Counted from the first letter of the stretch, positions 26,627-35,959 are shown. The stretch is 43,511 nt of DNA from an uncultured Bacilli bacterium (GCA_947598345.1 CANQFF010000001.1:1-43511), one strand, 5' to 3'. A program made the numbers and translations. Notes: generated by a model from the letters alone, not told the origin.

Positions 26627-27241
26627 TTATGAATTTTTATTAGTCGATATATCCATTCTATTTTCTAATGCCATTTCTAAAGTTAAAGAATCTACATAAT
26701 CCATTTCAGCTCCTAAAGGAATTCCATACGCTATTTTTGATATTTTAATATTTGAATCCTCTAATAACTTAGAAATATAAAGTGATGTTGTTTCACCTTC
26801 AATACTTGGTTTCAATGCTAGAATAACCTCTTGTACATTATCCTTTTTAACTCTTTCAATCAAACTAGAAATATTTATATCTTCAGGATTTATACCATCT
26901 ATAGGAGATATTAAACCATCTAATACATGGTAAAATCCATCAAATATGTTTAATTTTTCAAATAACATAACATTTTTAGGCTCTTCAACAACACATAATA
27001 TAGTTTTATTTCTACTTTTATCTTTGCATATTTCGCACAATTCTTCTTCACTTAAATTATTACAATTTATACATCTTCTTATCTTAGTTTTTGAATCCTT
27101 AAGTGATTTTGAAAATAAATCTATTGTTTCATCATCGATTTCTAATAGAGATAAAGCAAGTCTTTCAGCTGTTTTCTCTCCTATACCTGGTAGTTTTTTA
27201 AAACACTCTATTAAATTTAAAATAGTTTTTGGATATTTCAT
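26627..27241 (-). CDS. recR: Recombination protein RecR
   Basis: HhH motif LPGIGEKTAERLA, a C4 zinc finger CINCNN...CEIC, and a Toprim-like C-terminus. Confidence 0.95.
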   Translation of the reverse strand: MKYPKTILNLIECFKKLPGIGEKTAERLALSLLEIDDETIDLFSKSLKDSKTKIRRCINCNNLSEEELCEICKDKSRNKTILCVVEEPKNVMLFEKLNIFDGFYHVLDGLISPIDGINPEDINISSLIERVKKDNVQEVILALKPSIEGETTSLYISKLLEDSNIKISKIAYGIPLGAEMDYVDSLTLEMALENRMDISTNKNS

Positions 27242-27537
27242 TAAAATAAACCTGGCATTCCGTTAGTATATTTACCCATTTTGGATTCAATTTCTTTATC
27301 TATTTGTTTCATGGCATCATTAAAAGCAACTGTTATCATATCTTGCAATAGTTCAACATCGTCTTCTTCTATTTTATCAACATCAATTTTAATATCTAAT
27401 AATTCTTTTTTACCATTCATCTTTACCGTAACTATTGATGATTTTCCTACAAATTCTGTAGAATTAATTTTTTCTTGTGTTTCTAACATATCCTTTTGTA
27501 ATTTTTGTGCTTGTTTAAGCATAGCTTGCATATTCAT
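27241..27537 (-). CDS. ybaB: Nucleoid-associated protein YbaB/EbfC
   Basis: MNMQAMLKQAQKLQKDM ... GMPGLF. dnaX-ybaB-recR synteny. Confidence 0.93.
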   Translation of the reverse strand: MNMQAMLKQAQKLQKDMLETQEKINSTEFVGKSSIVTVKMNGKKELLDIKIDVDKIEEDDVELLQDMITVAFNDAMKQIDKEIESKMGKYTNGMPGLF

Positions 27538-27551
27538 ATTATTCCTTCTTT

Positions 27552-29216
27552 CTAATTATAAACTACTAAATCTTCAAAAATATCTTCTATTTCATTTATA
27601 TTATCTTTTTTTTCTTCTTTTTTGTCATATATTTCTTCTAATTTCTTTTCTTCCTCTTTATATTCATATATATTTTTTTTAGATTTCATATTTTCATTAA
27701 ATTCTTCTTTTATTGGAATCCACTCTTCATCACTTACTGCAATTGGTTTATATTCTATATCAAATATTTTTTTAAAAGCTCTTTCTATCTCAATAAGCGA
27801 AAGGTTAAAACACTCTTCTAAATTTTTAATTTTATATACGAATATTAAATTCTTATCACCTTTAGCTTTCAATTCACCATCTAAAACAAGAGATACTACA
27901 GAACTATAATCAGGATCCATAAGTAATTCTTTAATTTTTTCTATTTCTTTTTTAAAAGATACTAATTCTTTTTTGTCAAATTTTGATAAAGCATTATTTA
28001 TTCTTATCTTTTTTAACTCATCTATATTTTTCTTAATTTCTTTATTTACTTCTTTAGTTTCAATCTTTTTTTCTACTTTAATTTTCTTTTTTTCTTCTAA
28101 AATAGGTAATTCAATATTTTTATTAACATTAGATTCTCGTTCTTTTATTGCCTCAAATATTTTTATTACAGCAAGTTCAAATATTAATTTAACATTATTA
28201 GTAGTTTTACTATTTTTTAATGAATCTAATAAAATCTCTATAGATTTATATATTTGATTTTCAGTAACTAAATTACATATATTTTCATACATTTTTTTTT
28301 CATCAGTATCACTGAAATAATTCGAACTATTATAATATATTAAAGTATTTTTTAAAAATTCTATTATTATTTCTATTATTTTTGTTAAGTTTTTTCCATC
28401 TTCATCATATTTTTGAATCAAATCAAAAACATTACTTAGTTCATTCTTATAAATTTTTTCTAAAATTTCAAAAATTTCTTTATTCGTTATAGTTCCATAG
28501 ACAGAGTGAACATCAGAAATATCAATTTTATCTGATGTATATGCGGTTAGTTGATCAAGTAAATTTACTGAATCTCTCATTCCACCATCAGATAATCTTC
28601 CAATAAGTTCAATAGCCTCATCTGTTATATCTATTTTTTCTTGTTCGCAAATGTGGGTTAACCTTTGTTTTATATCATTTATACTTATTTTTTTAAAATC
28701 AAATCTCTGACACCTAGATAAAATCGTCAATGGAATTTTATGGGGTTCTGTCGTAGCTAAAATAAAAATTATATGCTTTGGAGGTTCTTCTAATGTTTTA
28801 AGTAAAGCATTAAATGCAGCAGTAGTAAGCATGTGAACCTCATCTATTATATATACTTTATACTTTCCATATGATGGCACTAAACTAACTTTATCTCTTA
28901 ATTCTCTTATTTCATCTACACCATTATTTGAAGCAGCATCAATTTCTATTATATCGGTATTTTGATTATTATTACTTTGTGTGCAACTTACACATTTATC
29001 ACATGGTTTAACACCATCTAAAGATTCACAATTAACTATTTTAGCTAATATTTTAGCTATACTTGTTTTTCCAGTACCTCTTGGCCCTGTAAACAAATAC
29101 GCATGATTTATTTTATTATTTAATATGCTGTTTGTTAATGTTTTTATTATAACTTTTTGACCAACTACATCCTCAAATGTTTTTGGTCTATATTTTCTAT
29201 ACAAAGCCTGGTACAT
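27552..29216 (-). CDS. dnaX: DNA polymerase III subunit tau/gamma
   Basis: MYQALYRKYRPKTFEDVVGQ, Walker A GPRGTGKTS, and a zinc module CESLDGVKPCDKCVSC. Confidence 0.96.
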   Translation of the reverse strand: MYQALYRKYRPKTFEDVVGQKVIIKTLTNSILNNKINHAYLFTGPRGTGKTSIAKILAKIVNCESLDGVKPCDKCVSCTQSNNNQNTDIIEIDAASNNGVDEIRELRDKVSLVPSYGKYKVYIIDEVHMLTTAAFNALLKTLEEPPKHIIFILATTEPHKIPLTILSRCQRFDFKKISINDIKQRLTHICEQEKIDITDEAIELIGRLSDGGMRDSVNLLDQLTAYTSDKIDISDVHSVYGTITNKEIFEILEKIYKNELSNVFDLIQKYDEDGKNLTKIIEIIIEFLKNTLIYYNSSNYFSDTDEKKMYENICNLVTENQIYKSIEILLDSLKNSKTTNNVKLIFELAVIKIFEAIKERESNVNKNIELPILEEKKKIKVEKKIETKEVNKEIKKNIDELKKIRINNALSKFDKKELVSFKKEIEKIKELLMDPDYSSVVSLVLDGELKAKGDKNLIFVYKIKNLEECFNLSLIEIERAFKKIFDIEYKPIAVSDEEWIPIKEEFNENMKSKKNIYEYKEEEKKLEEIYDKKEEKKDNINEIEDIFEDLVVYN

Positions 29217-29272
29217 ATGTCACCTCAAATCATAATATTATTATACACTTTTAAGTTTCAAAAAAAAAGTAC

Positions 29273-29686
29273 TTATCTTCTTTTTTTAAAAAAGGATTGT
29301 ACCATTTTTTTACATTCTTCTTCACAAACTTTTGATATTATTTCAATATTTTTTAATTTTTCTGTATATCCATAATTTTCGTTTTTTGCACCATAAACTA
29401 TTTTTTTTATTCTAGATTGTTCTATTGCTCCACAACACATCATGCATGGTTCCATTGTTATATATATTTCACAATCATCTAATCTCCAATTTTTTAATTT
29501 TTTGCATGCTTTTGATATTGCGATTATTTCTGCATGTTTTGTACAATTTTTTAATTTTTCTTTTTTATTGTGTGCTTTTGATATTATTTTATTATTTTTA
29601 ACAATAACAGCCCCTACTGGTACTTCTTTCTTTTTTTTAGCTTTTTTTGCTTCTTTTATAGCAATTTGAATATAATATTCATTCAT
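29273..29686 (-). CDS. tadA: tRNA-specific adenosine(34) deaminase
   Basis: CDA zinc motifs HAEIIAI and PCMMCCGAI. Confidence 0.92.
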   Translation of the reverse strand: MNEYYIQIAIKEAKKAKKKKEVPVGAVIVKNNKIISKAHNKKEKLKNCTKHAEIIAISKACKKLKNWRLDDCEIYITMEPCMMCCGAIEQSRIKKIVYGAKNENYGYTEKLKNIEIISKVCEEECKKMVQSFFKKRR

Positions 29687-29697
29687 TTATACCTCCA

Positions 29698-29715
29698 ATG
29701 TTTCACGTGAAACAT
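29698..29715. other. parS site 1 (ParB/Spo0J centromere-like site)
   Basis: Core TGTTTCACGTGAAACA at 29699-29714 within an 18-nt perfect palindrome. It abuts the tadA Shine-Dalgarno (GGAGG at 29692-29696 on the minus strand). Confidence 0.8.
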
Positions 29716-29792
29716 ATAATTTTATTTTTTATTATTATATTTTTATTACAGATTATAAATAATTATGTTTATTTTATAAAGATATTTATCTT

Positions 29793-29820
29793 ATTCAATG
29801 TTTCACGTGAAACATTGAAT
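29793..29820. other. parS site 2
   Basis: Core at 29799-29814 within a 28-nt perfect palindrome (ATTCAATG...CATTGAAT). Confidence 0.8.
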
Positions 29821-29842
29821 ATTTTTTATTTATTTTAGTAAT

Positions 29843-29858
29843 TATTTTCTGGGAAATA
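29843..29858. other. Degenerate Noc-binding-site-like palindrome
   Basis: TATTTTCTGGGAAATA has 2 mismatches to TATTTCCCGGGAAATA. It sits in the same relative position as the 30348 copy within the duplicated unit. Confidence 0.35.
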
Positions 29859-29870
29859 ATTATAGTTATA

Positions 29871-29950
29871 AAAAAAGCACACACATTTAGGGATTTTTAA
29901 GGCTGCTGTTTTCCAACTCTGACCTGGTTCAAATATAAATGTTGTGCAGT
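29871..29950 (-). ncRNA. ffs: Small (4.5S-type) signal recognition particle RNA
   Basis: The minus strand reads ACCAGGUCAGAGUUGGAAAACAGCAGCC, against E. coli 4.5S ACCAGGUCAGGUCCGGAAGGAAGCAGCC. A closing stem GCACAACAUUUA/UAAAUGUGUGUGC is followed by U6. Confidence 0.8.
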
Positions 29951-30064
29951 AATAATATATTATAAAAACATAAAAATATCAACAAATTAATATAATTTAT
30001 ACTCATTTTTTATAAAATTTGAATATTTTATACATTATTTTCTTTTAATATTGGTTTGTATTTA

Positions 30065-30104
30065 TATTTTAATCAATGTTTCACGTGAAACATTGATTAA
30101 AATA
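30065..30104. other. parS site 3
   Basis: Core at 30077-30092 within a 40-nt perfect palindrome. Confidence 0.8.
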
Positions 30105-30128
30105 AATAATATATATAATTTTAAGCAG

Positions 30129-30154
30129 TCACATGTTTCACATGAAACATGTGA
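30129..30154. other. parS site 4 (variant)
   Basis: Core TGTTTCACATGAAACA at 30134-30149 has one central G-to-A change. The flanks TCACA/TGTGA are still symmetric. Confidence 0.65.
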
Positions 30155-30194
30155 TTATATTTTTAATTAATTTTTGTTAAATATATATTTAATT

Positions 30195-30226
30195 AATTTA
30201 TATGTTTCACGTGAAACATATAAATT
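30195..30226. other. parS site 5
   Basis: Core at 30203-30218 within a 32-nt perfect palindrome. Confidence 0.8.
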
Positions 30227-30294
30227 TAATTTTTTATTATTATATTTTTATTGTAGATCATAAATAATTATATTTATTTTAGAATTATATAGGT

Positions 30295-30328
30295 TTTATC
30301 CAATGTTTCACGTGAAACATTGGATAAA
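30295..30328. other. parS site 6
   Basis: Core at 30304-30319 within a 34-nt perfect palindrome. Confidence 0.8.
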
Positions 30329-30347
30329 TTTTGTTTATTTAAATAAT

Positions 30348-30363
30348 TATTTCCCAGGAAATA
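30348..30363. other. Noc-binding-site-like palindrome
   Basis: TATTTCCCAGGAAATA has 1 mismatch to the NBS form TATTTCCCGGGAAATA. Confidence 0.45.
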
Positions 30364-30367
30364 ATAA

Positions 30368-30399
30368 AAGAGTAATGTTTCACGTGAAACATTACTCTT
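30368..30399. other. parS site 7, doubling as the gyrA terminator-like hairpin
   Basis: Core at 30376-30391 within a 32-nt perfect palindrome. Its right arm contains the last two gyrA codons and the stop. A T-rich run follows on the minus strand. Confidence 0.8.
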
Positions 30400-32902
30400 C
30401 ATCAGTGCTTTGATCAACTAAATCTGTTTCTTCTTCATGATTAATGATTGCAATTGTACTTACTTTTTGATTATCTTTAAGATTAATTAATTTAACACCT
30501 TGTGTGACACGGCCTGTTGATGAAACTTGTTCTAAAGGTAATCTTATTATCATGCCACTATTTGTAATAATCATTAAATCTTCATCACCTGTTACTATCT
30601 TAAATGAAACAATATTACCATTTTTCTCAGTTACATTTAAAGCTTTTACACCTTTACTACCCCTATGAGTCATTCTGTACTGATCTATAGATGTTTTTTT
30701 ACCATAACCATTTTCAGTAACTACTAATACATTAGCATGCTCTGGAGAAATTTCCATGCCTACAGCAAATCCATCACCGACATCAATTCCTTTAACACCA
30801 GAAGCAGTTCTTCCCATGATTCTGATTTCTTTTTCATTAAATCTTATAATTCTACCATTTGAAGAAGCTATTAAAATTTCTGAATTTCCTTCAGTAATTT
30901 TAGCTGAAATCAATTCGTCGTTTTCTTTTAAAGTTATAGCTATCTTTCCATTTGTCCTAATATTTTCAAATTCTTCTATATTAGTTCTCTTTATTATACC
31001 ATTTTGTGTACAAAGTACAACATAAGCTGGTACATCTTTAGGAGTAGCTTTTAGCATTACATTTACTTTTTCATCTTTTTCTAATGGTAAAAGATTAATG
31101 ATTGGTAATCCTTTAGATTGTCTACTATATAAAGGAACTTCATATCCTTTCATTCTATAAACTTTTCCTTTATTAGTAAAGAATAAGATATAGTCGTGTG
31201 TAGTCATATAAAGTATATTTTCAACAAAATCCTCTTCATTTGTCGTCATACCTTTAATTCCAACGCCACCTCTATTTTGTAATTTATATGTATCACTTTC
31301 AACTCTTTTAATATAACCCTTATTTGTCAAAGTTACTACTAAATCATCTACAGGTATTAATGATTCATCATCTATATAATCAATTGCTGTCATGTCTATT
31401 GATGTTCTTCTTTCGTCAGAATATTTATTTTTTATTTCTAATAATTCTTTTTTGATAATTTCTAAAACTTTTTGTTCACTTTCTAATATTGATTTAAGTT
31501 CTTCAATTAATTTTAATAAATTATCTAATTCTTCTTCTATTTTCGCTCTTTCTAAGCCTGTTAATCTTCTTAATTTTAATTCTAGTATACTTTCTGATTG
31601 AATTTGGGTTAAATTAAATCTACTCATTAACTCATTCTTTGCAATCTCATCAGTATCAGATTCTCTAATTATCTTTATAACAGCATCTATATTATCAAGT
31701 GCGATTTTATATCCCTCTAAGATATGAACTCTTGCCTCTGATTTTTTTAAGTCAAATCTTGTTCTTCTTATAATTACTTCCTTCTGATGATCAATATATT
31801 TAGATATTATATCCTTTAGTGGTAAAGTTTTTGGAGTACCATTATCTAGCATCAAAAATATTATTCCATAATTTGTCTGGAAAGAGGTATGCTTATACAA
31901 ATTATTTAAAATTACCTGAGCATTTGCTTCCTTTTTTAATGTTATCGTTATCTTAATACCATCTTTTAAGTCTGTATGATAATCTGATATACCATCAATA
32001 ATTTTGTTATGAACTAATTCTGCAACCTTATTTTTTAAATCCATTGTATTAACGCCATAAGGTACTTCTGTAATTACAATTTGTGTGTGACCACCGTGTT
32101 CCTCAATTGATGCCCTACTTCTAACCGTAATTGAACCTCTACCAGTTTCATAAGCTTTTCTTATTCCAGAATTTCCTAATATTATTCCACCTGTTGGGAA
32201 ATCTGGACCTTTAATATATTGCATAAGACCTAAAGTATCAATATCATGATTATCAATATATGCAACGCATCCATCTATTACTTCTCCTAAATTATGTGGT
32301 GGGATATTAGTTGCCATTCCAACTGCAATTCCCATAGAACCGTTAACTAATACATTAGGAAATCTTGAAGGTAGTACTTTTGGTTCTTTACTAGTAGCAT
32401 CAAAATTATCTTCCATGTCAACAGTATCTTTATTTATATCTCTTAATAATTCAAGTGAAATTTTTGATAATCTAGCTTCTGTATAACGATAAGCAGCTGC
32501 TCCATCGCCTTCTATATTACCAAAGTTACCGTGTCCATCAACTAACATATATCTTTGATTGAAATCTTGAGCTAAACGAACCATTGCATCATAAATTGAA
32601 GAATCTCCATGTGGGTGATAATGTCCCATAACATATCCTACTGTTGTAGCTGATTTTTTATGGGGTTTATCAGGAGTATTTCCCTCCTCAAACATAGACC
32701 ATAAAATTCTTCTATGTACTGGCTTTAATCCATCTCTTAAATCTGGTATAGCTCTTGATGTTATAACACTCATTGAATAATCAAGAAATGAACTTCTTAC
32801 TTCACTTACTATATTGTTTTCAGATAAACTATCTCTTTCATGAAATTTATCTGAAAAATCTAATGTTTCATTATTATTTTCTAATTTATTTTCGTTATCC
32901 AT
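30392..32902 (-). CDS. gyrA: DNA gyrase subunit A
   Basis: 836 aa. Active-site block GAAAYRYTEARLSK, beta-pinwheel repeats, and an acidic C-terminus. Confidence 0.97.
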   Translation of the reverse strand: MDNENKLENNNETLDFSDKFHERDSLSENNIVSEVRSSFLDYSMSVITSRAIPDLRDGLKPVHRRILWSMFEEGNTPDKPHKKSATTVGYVMGHYHPHGDSSIYDAMVRLAQDFNQRYMLVDGHGNFGNIEGDGAAAYRYTEARLSKISLELLRDINKDTVDMEDNFDATSKEPKVLPSRFPNVLVNGSMGIAVGMATNIPPHNLGEVIDGCVAYIDNHDIDTLGLMQYIKGPDFPTGGIILGNSGIRKAYETGRGSITVRSRASIEEHGGHTQIVITEVPYGVNTMDLKNKVAELVHNKIIDGISDYHTDLKDGIKITITLKKEANAQVILNNLYKHTSFQTNYGIIFLMLDNGTPKTLPLKDIISKYIDHQKEVIIRRTRFDLKKSEARVHILEGYKIALDNIDAVIKIIRESDTDEIAKNELMSRFNLTQIQSESILELKLRRLTGLERAKIEEELDNLLKLIEELKSILESEQKVLEIIKKELLEIKNKYSDERRTSIDMTAIDYIDDESLIPVDDLVVTLTNKGYIKRVESDTYKLQNRGGVGIKGMTTNEEDFVENILYMTTHDYILFFTNKGKVYRMKGYEVPLYSRQSKGLPIINLLPLEKDEKVNVMLKATPKDVPAYVVLCTQNGIIKRTNIEEFENIRTNGKIAITLKENDELISAKITEGNSEILIASSNGRIIRFNEKEIRIMGRTASGVKGIDVGDGFAVGMEISPEHANVLVVTENGYGKKTSIDQYRMTHRGSKGVKALNVTEKNGNIVSFKIVTGDEDLMIITNSGMIIRLPLEQVSSTGRVTQGVKLINLKDNQKVSTIAIINHEEETDLVDQSTDEE

Positions 32903-32913
32903 GTTGTTACCTC

Positions 32914-34839
32914 CTAAATATCAAGATTTTCTACAAATGTTGCATTTTCCTCGATAAATTTTCTTCTTGGCTCTACTTCATCACCCATTAATTTTTCAAA
33001 TATTGCATCTGCAGCAACGCAATCGTCGACAGTTATTTTTCTTAGAACTCTTTTTTCTATATCCATAGTTGTCTCATTTAGTTCTTCTGCATCCATTTCT
33101 CCTAAACCTTTCATACGAGCAATTTCTGCTCTAGCACGAATATTTTCTGGTAAAGAGGCCAAATACTCATCTTTTTCTTCTTCTGTTAATACATATTTTC
33201 TTGTTTTTCCGTGCATTATTCTAAATAATGGTGGTTGAGCCGCATATATATGTCCTGCCTCAACTATTGGCTTAAAGAACCTATAAAATAATGTTAGTAA
33301 TAAAACTCTTATATGAGCACCATCTACATCGGCATCTGTCATGATTATTATTTTGTCATATCTTAGTTTATCTAAATTAAATTCATCGCCAATTCCTGTA
33401 CCAAATGCGGTTATTATAGCCCTTATCTCTTCATTGCTTAAAGCTCTATCTAATCTTGCCTTTTCAACATTTAAAATCTTACCTCTAAGTGGTAGAATTG
33501 CTTGTGTCATAGAATCTCTACCTTTTTTAGCACTTCCACCGGCAGAATCTCCCTCGACTATAAAAATCTCTGAAACTTTTGGATCTTTACTTTTACAATC
33601 TGATAACTTTCCAAAGAAATTACTTATTGCTAAATCACTTTTTCTAGTTATTTCTCTTGCCTTTTTGGCAGCATTTCTAGCTCTACAAGCTAACATAGCT
33701 TTTTCAACTATTGCCCTAGCTTCATCTGGATTTTCTAATAAAAATTGTTCAAATCCCTCACTGAAAACATTATCAGCTAATTTTCTTACTTCGCTATTAC
33801 CTAATCTTCCTTTTGTCTGTCCTTCAAACTGTGGATTAGGATGCTTACAAGAAATTATCATAGTCAAACCTTCTTTAACATCATCGCTTGTTAAAGACTC
33901 ATCTTTTTCTTTTAATATACCTGACTTTTTTGCATAATTATTAATTACTCTTGTTAAAGCTCTTCTAACACCTTCTTCGTGAGTACCACCATCGTGTGTA
34001 TTAATATTATTAACAAATGAATATATATTATCGTTATAACCATTAGTATATTGTAAAGCTACTTCAAACATTACATTTTCTTCGGAACCTTCTAAATGTA
34101 TAACATCTTCGTGTATTGGTGTTTTTTCTTGATTTATAAATTTTACATATTCAGAAATACCACCTTCATATACGAATGTCTCACCTGTTGTATCCTCTTC
34201 ATCTCTATCATCTCTTAAAGTTATTTTTAAACCTTTATTTAAAAAGGCTAACTCTCTTATTCTAACTTTAAGAGTATTATAATCATATATATCGGTATCA
34301 AAAATTTCAGAATCTGGTTTAAAAGTAACAGTTGTTCCTGTCCTATTAATGTCACACTCACCTATTACTTTTAAAGGCTCAACTGGATGTCCACCATCCT
34401 CAAATCTCATAAAATTAATATTACCGTTTTTATAAACTGTAACTTCTAACCATTTTGATAAAGCGTTTACTACACTAGCACCTACACCGTGCAAACCACC
34501 TGATACTTTGTAGCCTCCACCACCAAATTTACCACCCGCATGAAGTACTGTATAAACTGTCTCAACAGTACTTTTTTTAGTTTTAGGGTGTATATCTACT
34601 GGTATTCCTCTTCCATCATCTTTTACAGTTATTGAATTACCTTTATTTATAATAACTTCTATATTATTACAATAACCAGCTAAAGACTCATCGATTGAGT
34701 TATCTACTATTTCCCATACTAGATGGTGCAAACCTTTTACATCCGTTGTACCTATATACATACCTGGTCTTTTTCTAACTGCTTCAAGTCCCTCTAATAC
34801 TTGTATATCTGACGCATCATAATGATTTTCATTATTCAT
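32914..34839 (-). CDS. gyrB: DNA gyrase subunit B
   Basis: GHKL ATPase start [24 protein letters not shown]. Toprim motifs [10 protein letters not shown] and [12 protein letters not shown]. Confidence 0.97.
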   Translation of the reverse strand: MNNENHYDASDIQVLEGLEAVRKRPGMYIGTTDVKGLHHLVWEIVDNSIDESLAGYCNNIEVIINKGNSITVKDDGRGIPVDIHPKTKKSTVETVYTVLHAGGKFGGGGYKVSGGLHGVGASVVNALSKWLEVTVYKNGNINFMRFEDGGHPVEPLKVIGECDINRTGTTVTFKPDSEIFDTDIYDYNTLKVRIRELAFLNKGLKITLRDDRDEEDTTGETFVYEGGISEYVKFINQEKTPIHEDVIHLEGSEENVMFEVALQYTNGYNDNIYSFVNNINTHDGGTHEEGVRRALTRVINNYAKKSGILKEKDESLTSDDVKEGLTMIISCKHPNPQFEGQTKGRLGNSEVRKLADNVFSEGFEQFLLENPDEARAIVEKAMLACRARNAAKKAREITRKSDLAISNFFGKLSDCKSKDPKVSEIFIVEGDSAGGSAKKGRDSMTQAILPLRGKILNVEKARLDRALSNEEIRAIITAFGTGIGDEFNLDKLRYDKIIIMTDADVDGAHIRVLLLTLFYRFFKPIVEAGHIYAAQPPLFRIMHGKTRKYVLTEEEKDEYLASLPENIRARAEIARMKGLGEMDAEELNETTMDIEKRVLRKITVDDCVAADAIFEKLMGDEVEPRRKFIEENATFVENLDI

Positions 34840-35959
34840 CTAACTTCACCTCTTTGATTTTTATTATATTGCCATCATTTATTTTGAATAATTTAGATTT
34901 TTTTATCAACCTACTATCTAAATTATTAACATCAGTTGTTGTTATAATAGTTTGTATATCTTTATTTATATACTTTAAAAGATTATTTTTCTTTTTATCA
35001 TCTAACTCACTAAATATATCATCAAGTAGTAATATTGGAGTTGTTTGTTTATATTTTTTAAATATTTCAACTTCAGATAATTTTAAAGATAAAATTGCTA
35101 CTTTCTGTTGTCCTTGAGATCCATAATATTTTAAATTTTTATCATTTAAATAAAACTCAATATCATCTTTATGTGGCCCAAAAGTAGTCATTGAAAGTTT
35201 TATATCATATTCTAATCTTTTATCATATTGTTTCTTTAATATTTCTTTTATATTAGAATCATTTATATCAAATTCAATACTTGGTTTATATACTACCTTA
35301 AACCCATCAAGATTCATTATATCCTTATATATATTTGAACAATAAAGATTAACCTTATTAATAAACTTATCTCTCATTTTGTAAATGAATATTGATCTAT
35401 CTATTAAATAACCAGTTAATATATCTAAATATGATTTATCCCTAGATATTCCTTTATTCATTTTTTTTAAATATTCATTTCTTAACTTTAATATTTTATT
35501 ATATTCATTGATAGCTATAAAGTAATTTCTATACAATTGAGATATTTCTAAATTAATATATTTCCTTCTATCCTGTGGAGAACCTTTAATTAATTCTAAA
35601 TCATCAGGATAAAAAATAATTATATTCATAATAGAAATATAATCACTTATCTTTTTTACAGCATTATTATTATATTTTAGTACTTTAGATTTATTATCAA
35701 TATATATATTTAACTTATTATCTAAGCTATTATCATTAAAAGTACCTTCTATTGTTAAATATTCTTCACCTTTTTTTATAAGGCTATTATCTATAAAATT
35801 TCTATGTGATTTTGTAATACCTAAAACATAAATACTTTCTAGTAAATTAGTTTTCCCTTGGGCATTTTCACCATAAATGATATTTATACCCTTGGTCAGA
35901 GTAACATTCAAACTTTTATAATTTCTAAAATTATGTAATTTTAATTTTTTTATATACAT
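34832..35959 (-). CDS. recF: DNA replication and repair protein RecF
   Basis: [14 protein letters not shown]..., Walker [10 protein letters not shown], and [11 protein letters not shown]. Overlaps the gyrB start by 8 nt. Confidence 0.95.
   Translation of the reverse strand: MYIKKLKLHNFRNYKSLNVTLTKGINIIYGENAQGKTNLLESIYVLGITKSHRNFIDNSLIKKGEEYLTIEGTFNDNSLDNKLNIYIDNKSKVLKYNNNAVKKISDYISIMNIIIFYPDDLELIKGSPQDRRKYINLEISQLYRNYFIAINEYNKILKLRNEYLKKMNKGISRDKSYLDILTGYLIDRSIFIYKMRDKFINKVNLYCSNIYKDIMNLDGFKVVYKPSIEFDINDSNIKEILKKQYDKRLEYDIKLSMTTFGPHKDDIEFYLNDKNLKYYGSQGQQKVAILSLKLSEVEIFKKYKQTTPILLLDDIFSELDDKKKNNLLKYINKDIQTIITTTDVNNLDSRLIKKSKLFKINDGNIIKIKEVKLDE

Larger units (their letters stand above)
29698..29860 (+). 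repeat. Copy 1 of a ~165-bp direct repeat (parS - AT spacer - parS - NBS-like)
   Basis: Aligns by eye at about 85% identity with 30203-30365, including the spacer TTTTTTATTATTATATTTTTATT. Confidence 0.75.
30203..30365 (+). repeat. Copy 2 of the ~165-bp direct repeat
   Basis: Same module order as 29698-29860, offset by about 505 bp. The SRP RNA gene and parS 3-4 lie between the two copies. Confidence 0.75.

Noticed and set aside
27281-28257. Plus-strand ORFs 27281-27682, 27622-27909 and 27973-28257 opposite ybaB/dnaX. Also 26946-27266, 25050-25271, 23939-24142, 29157-29375 and 29442-29669.
   Set aside because: All are shadows of minus-strand housekeeping genes, with Phe/Ser/Ile/Leu-rich nonsense composition.
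29698-30399. The repeated palindromes interpreted as a CRISPR array, or as REP/MITE-type mobile repeats.
   Set aside because: The repeats are self-complementary, irregularly spaced (57-278 bp between centres), and not separated by unique spacers of uniform size. There are no cas genes or terminal-inverted-repeat/target-duplication structure. The core equals the parS consensus exactly. A genome-wide count is still needed to exclude REP-like spread.
33341-33937. 198-aa plus-strand ORF inside gyrB. Similar ORFs lie inside gyrA (30756-31025, 31392-31601, 32773-32991) and mfd (18229-18492, 20923-21114).
   Set aside because: These are long antisense ORFs opposite strongly conserved genes. The opposite strand fully explains the sequence.
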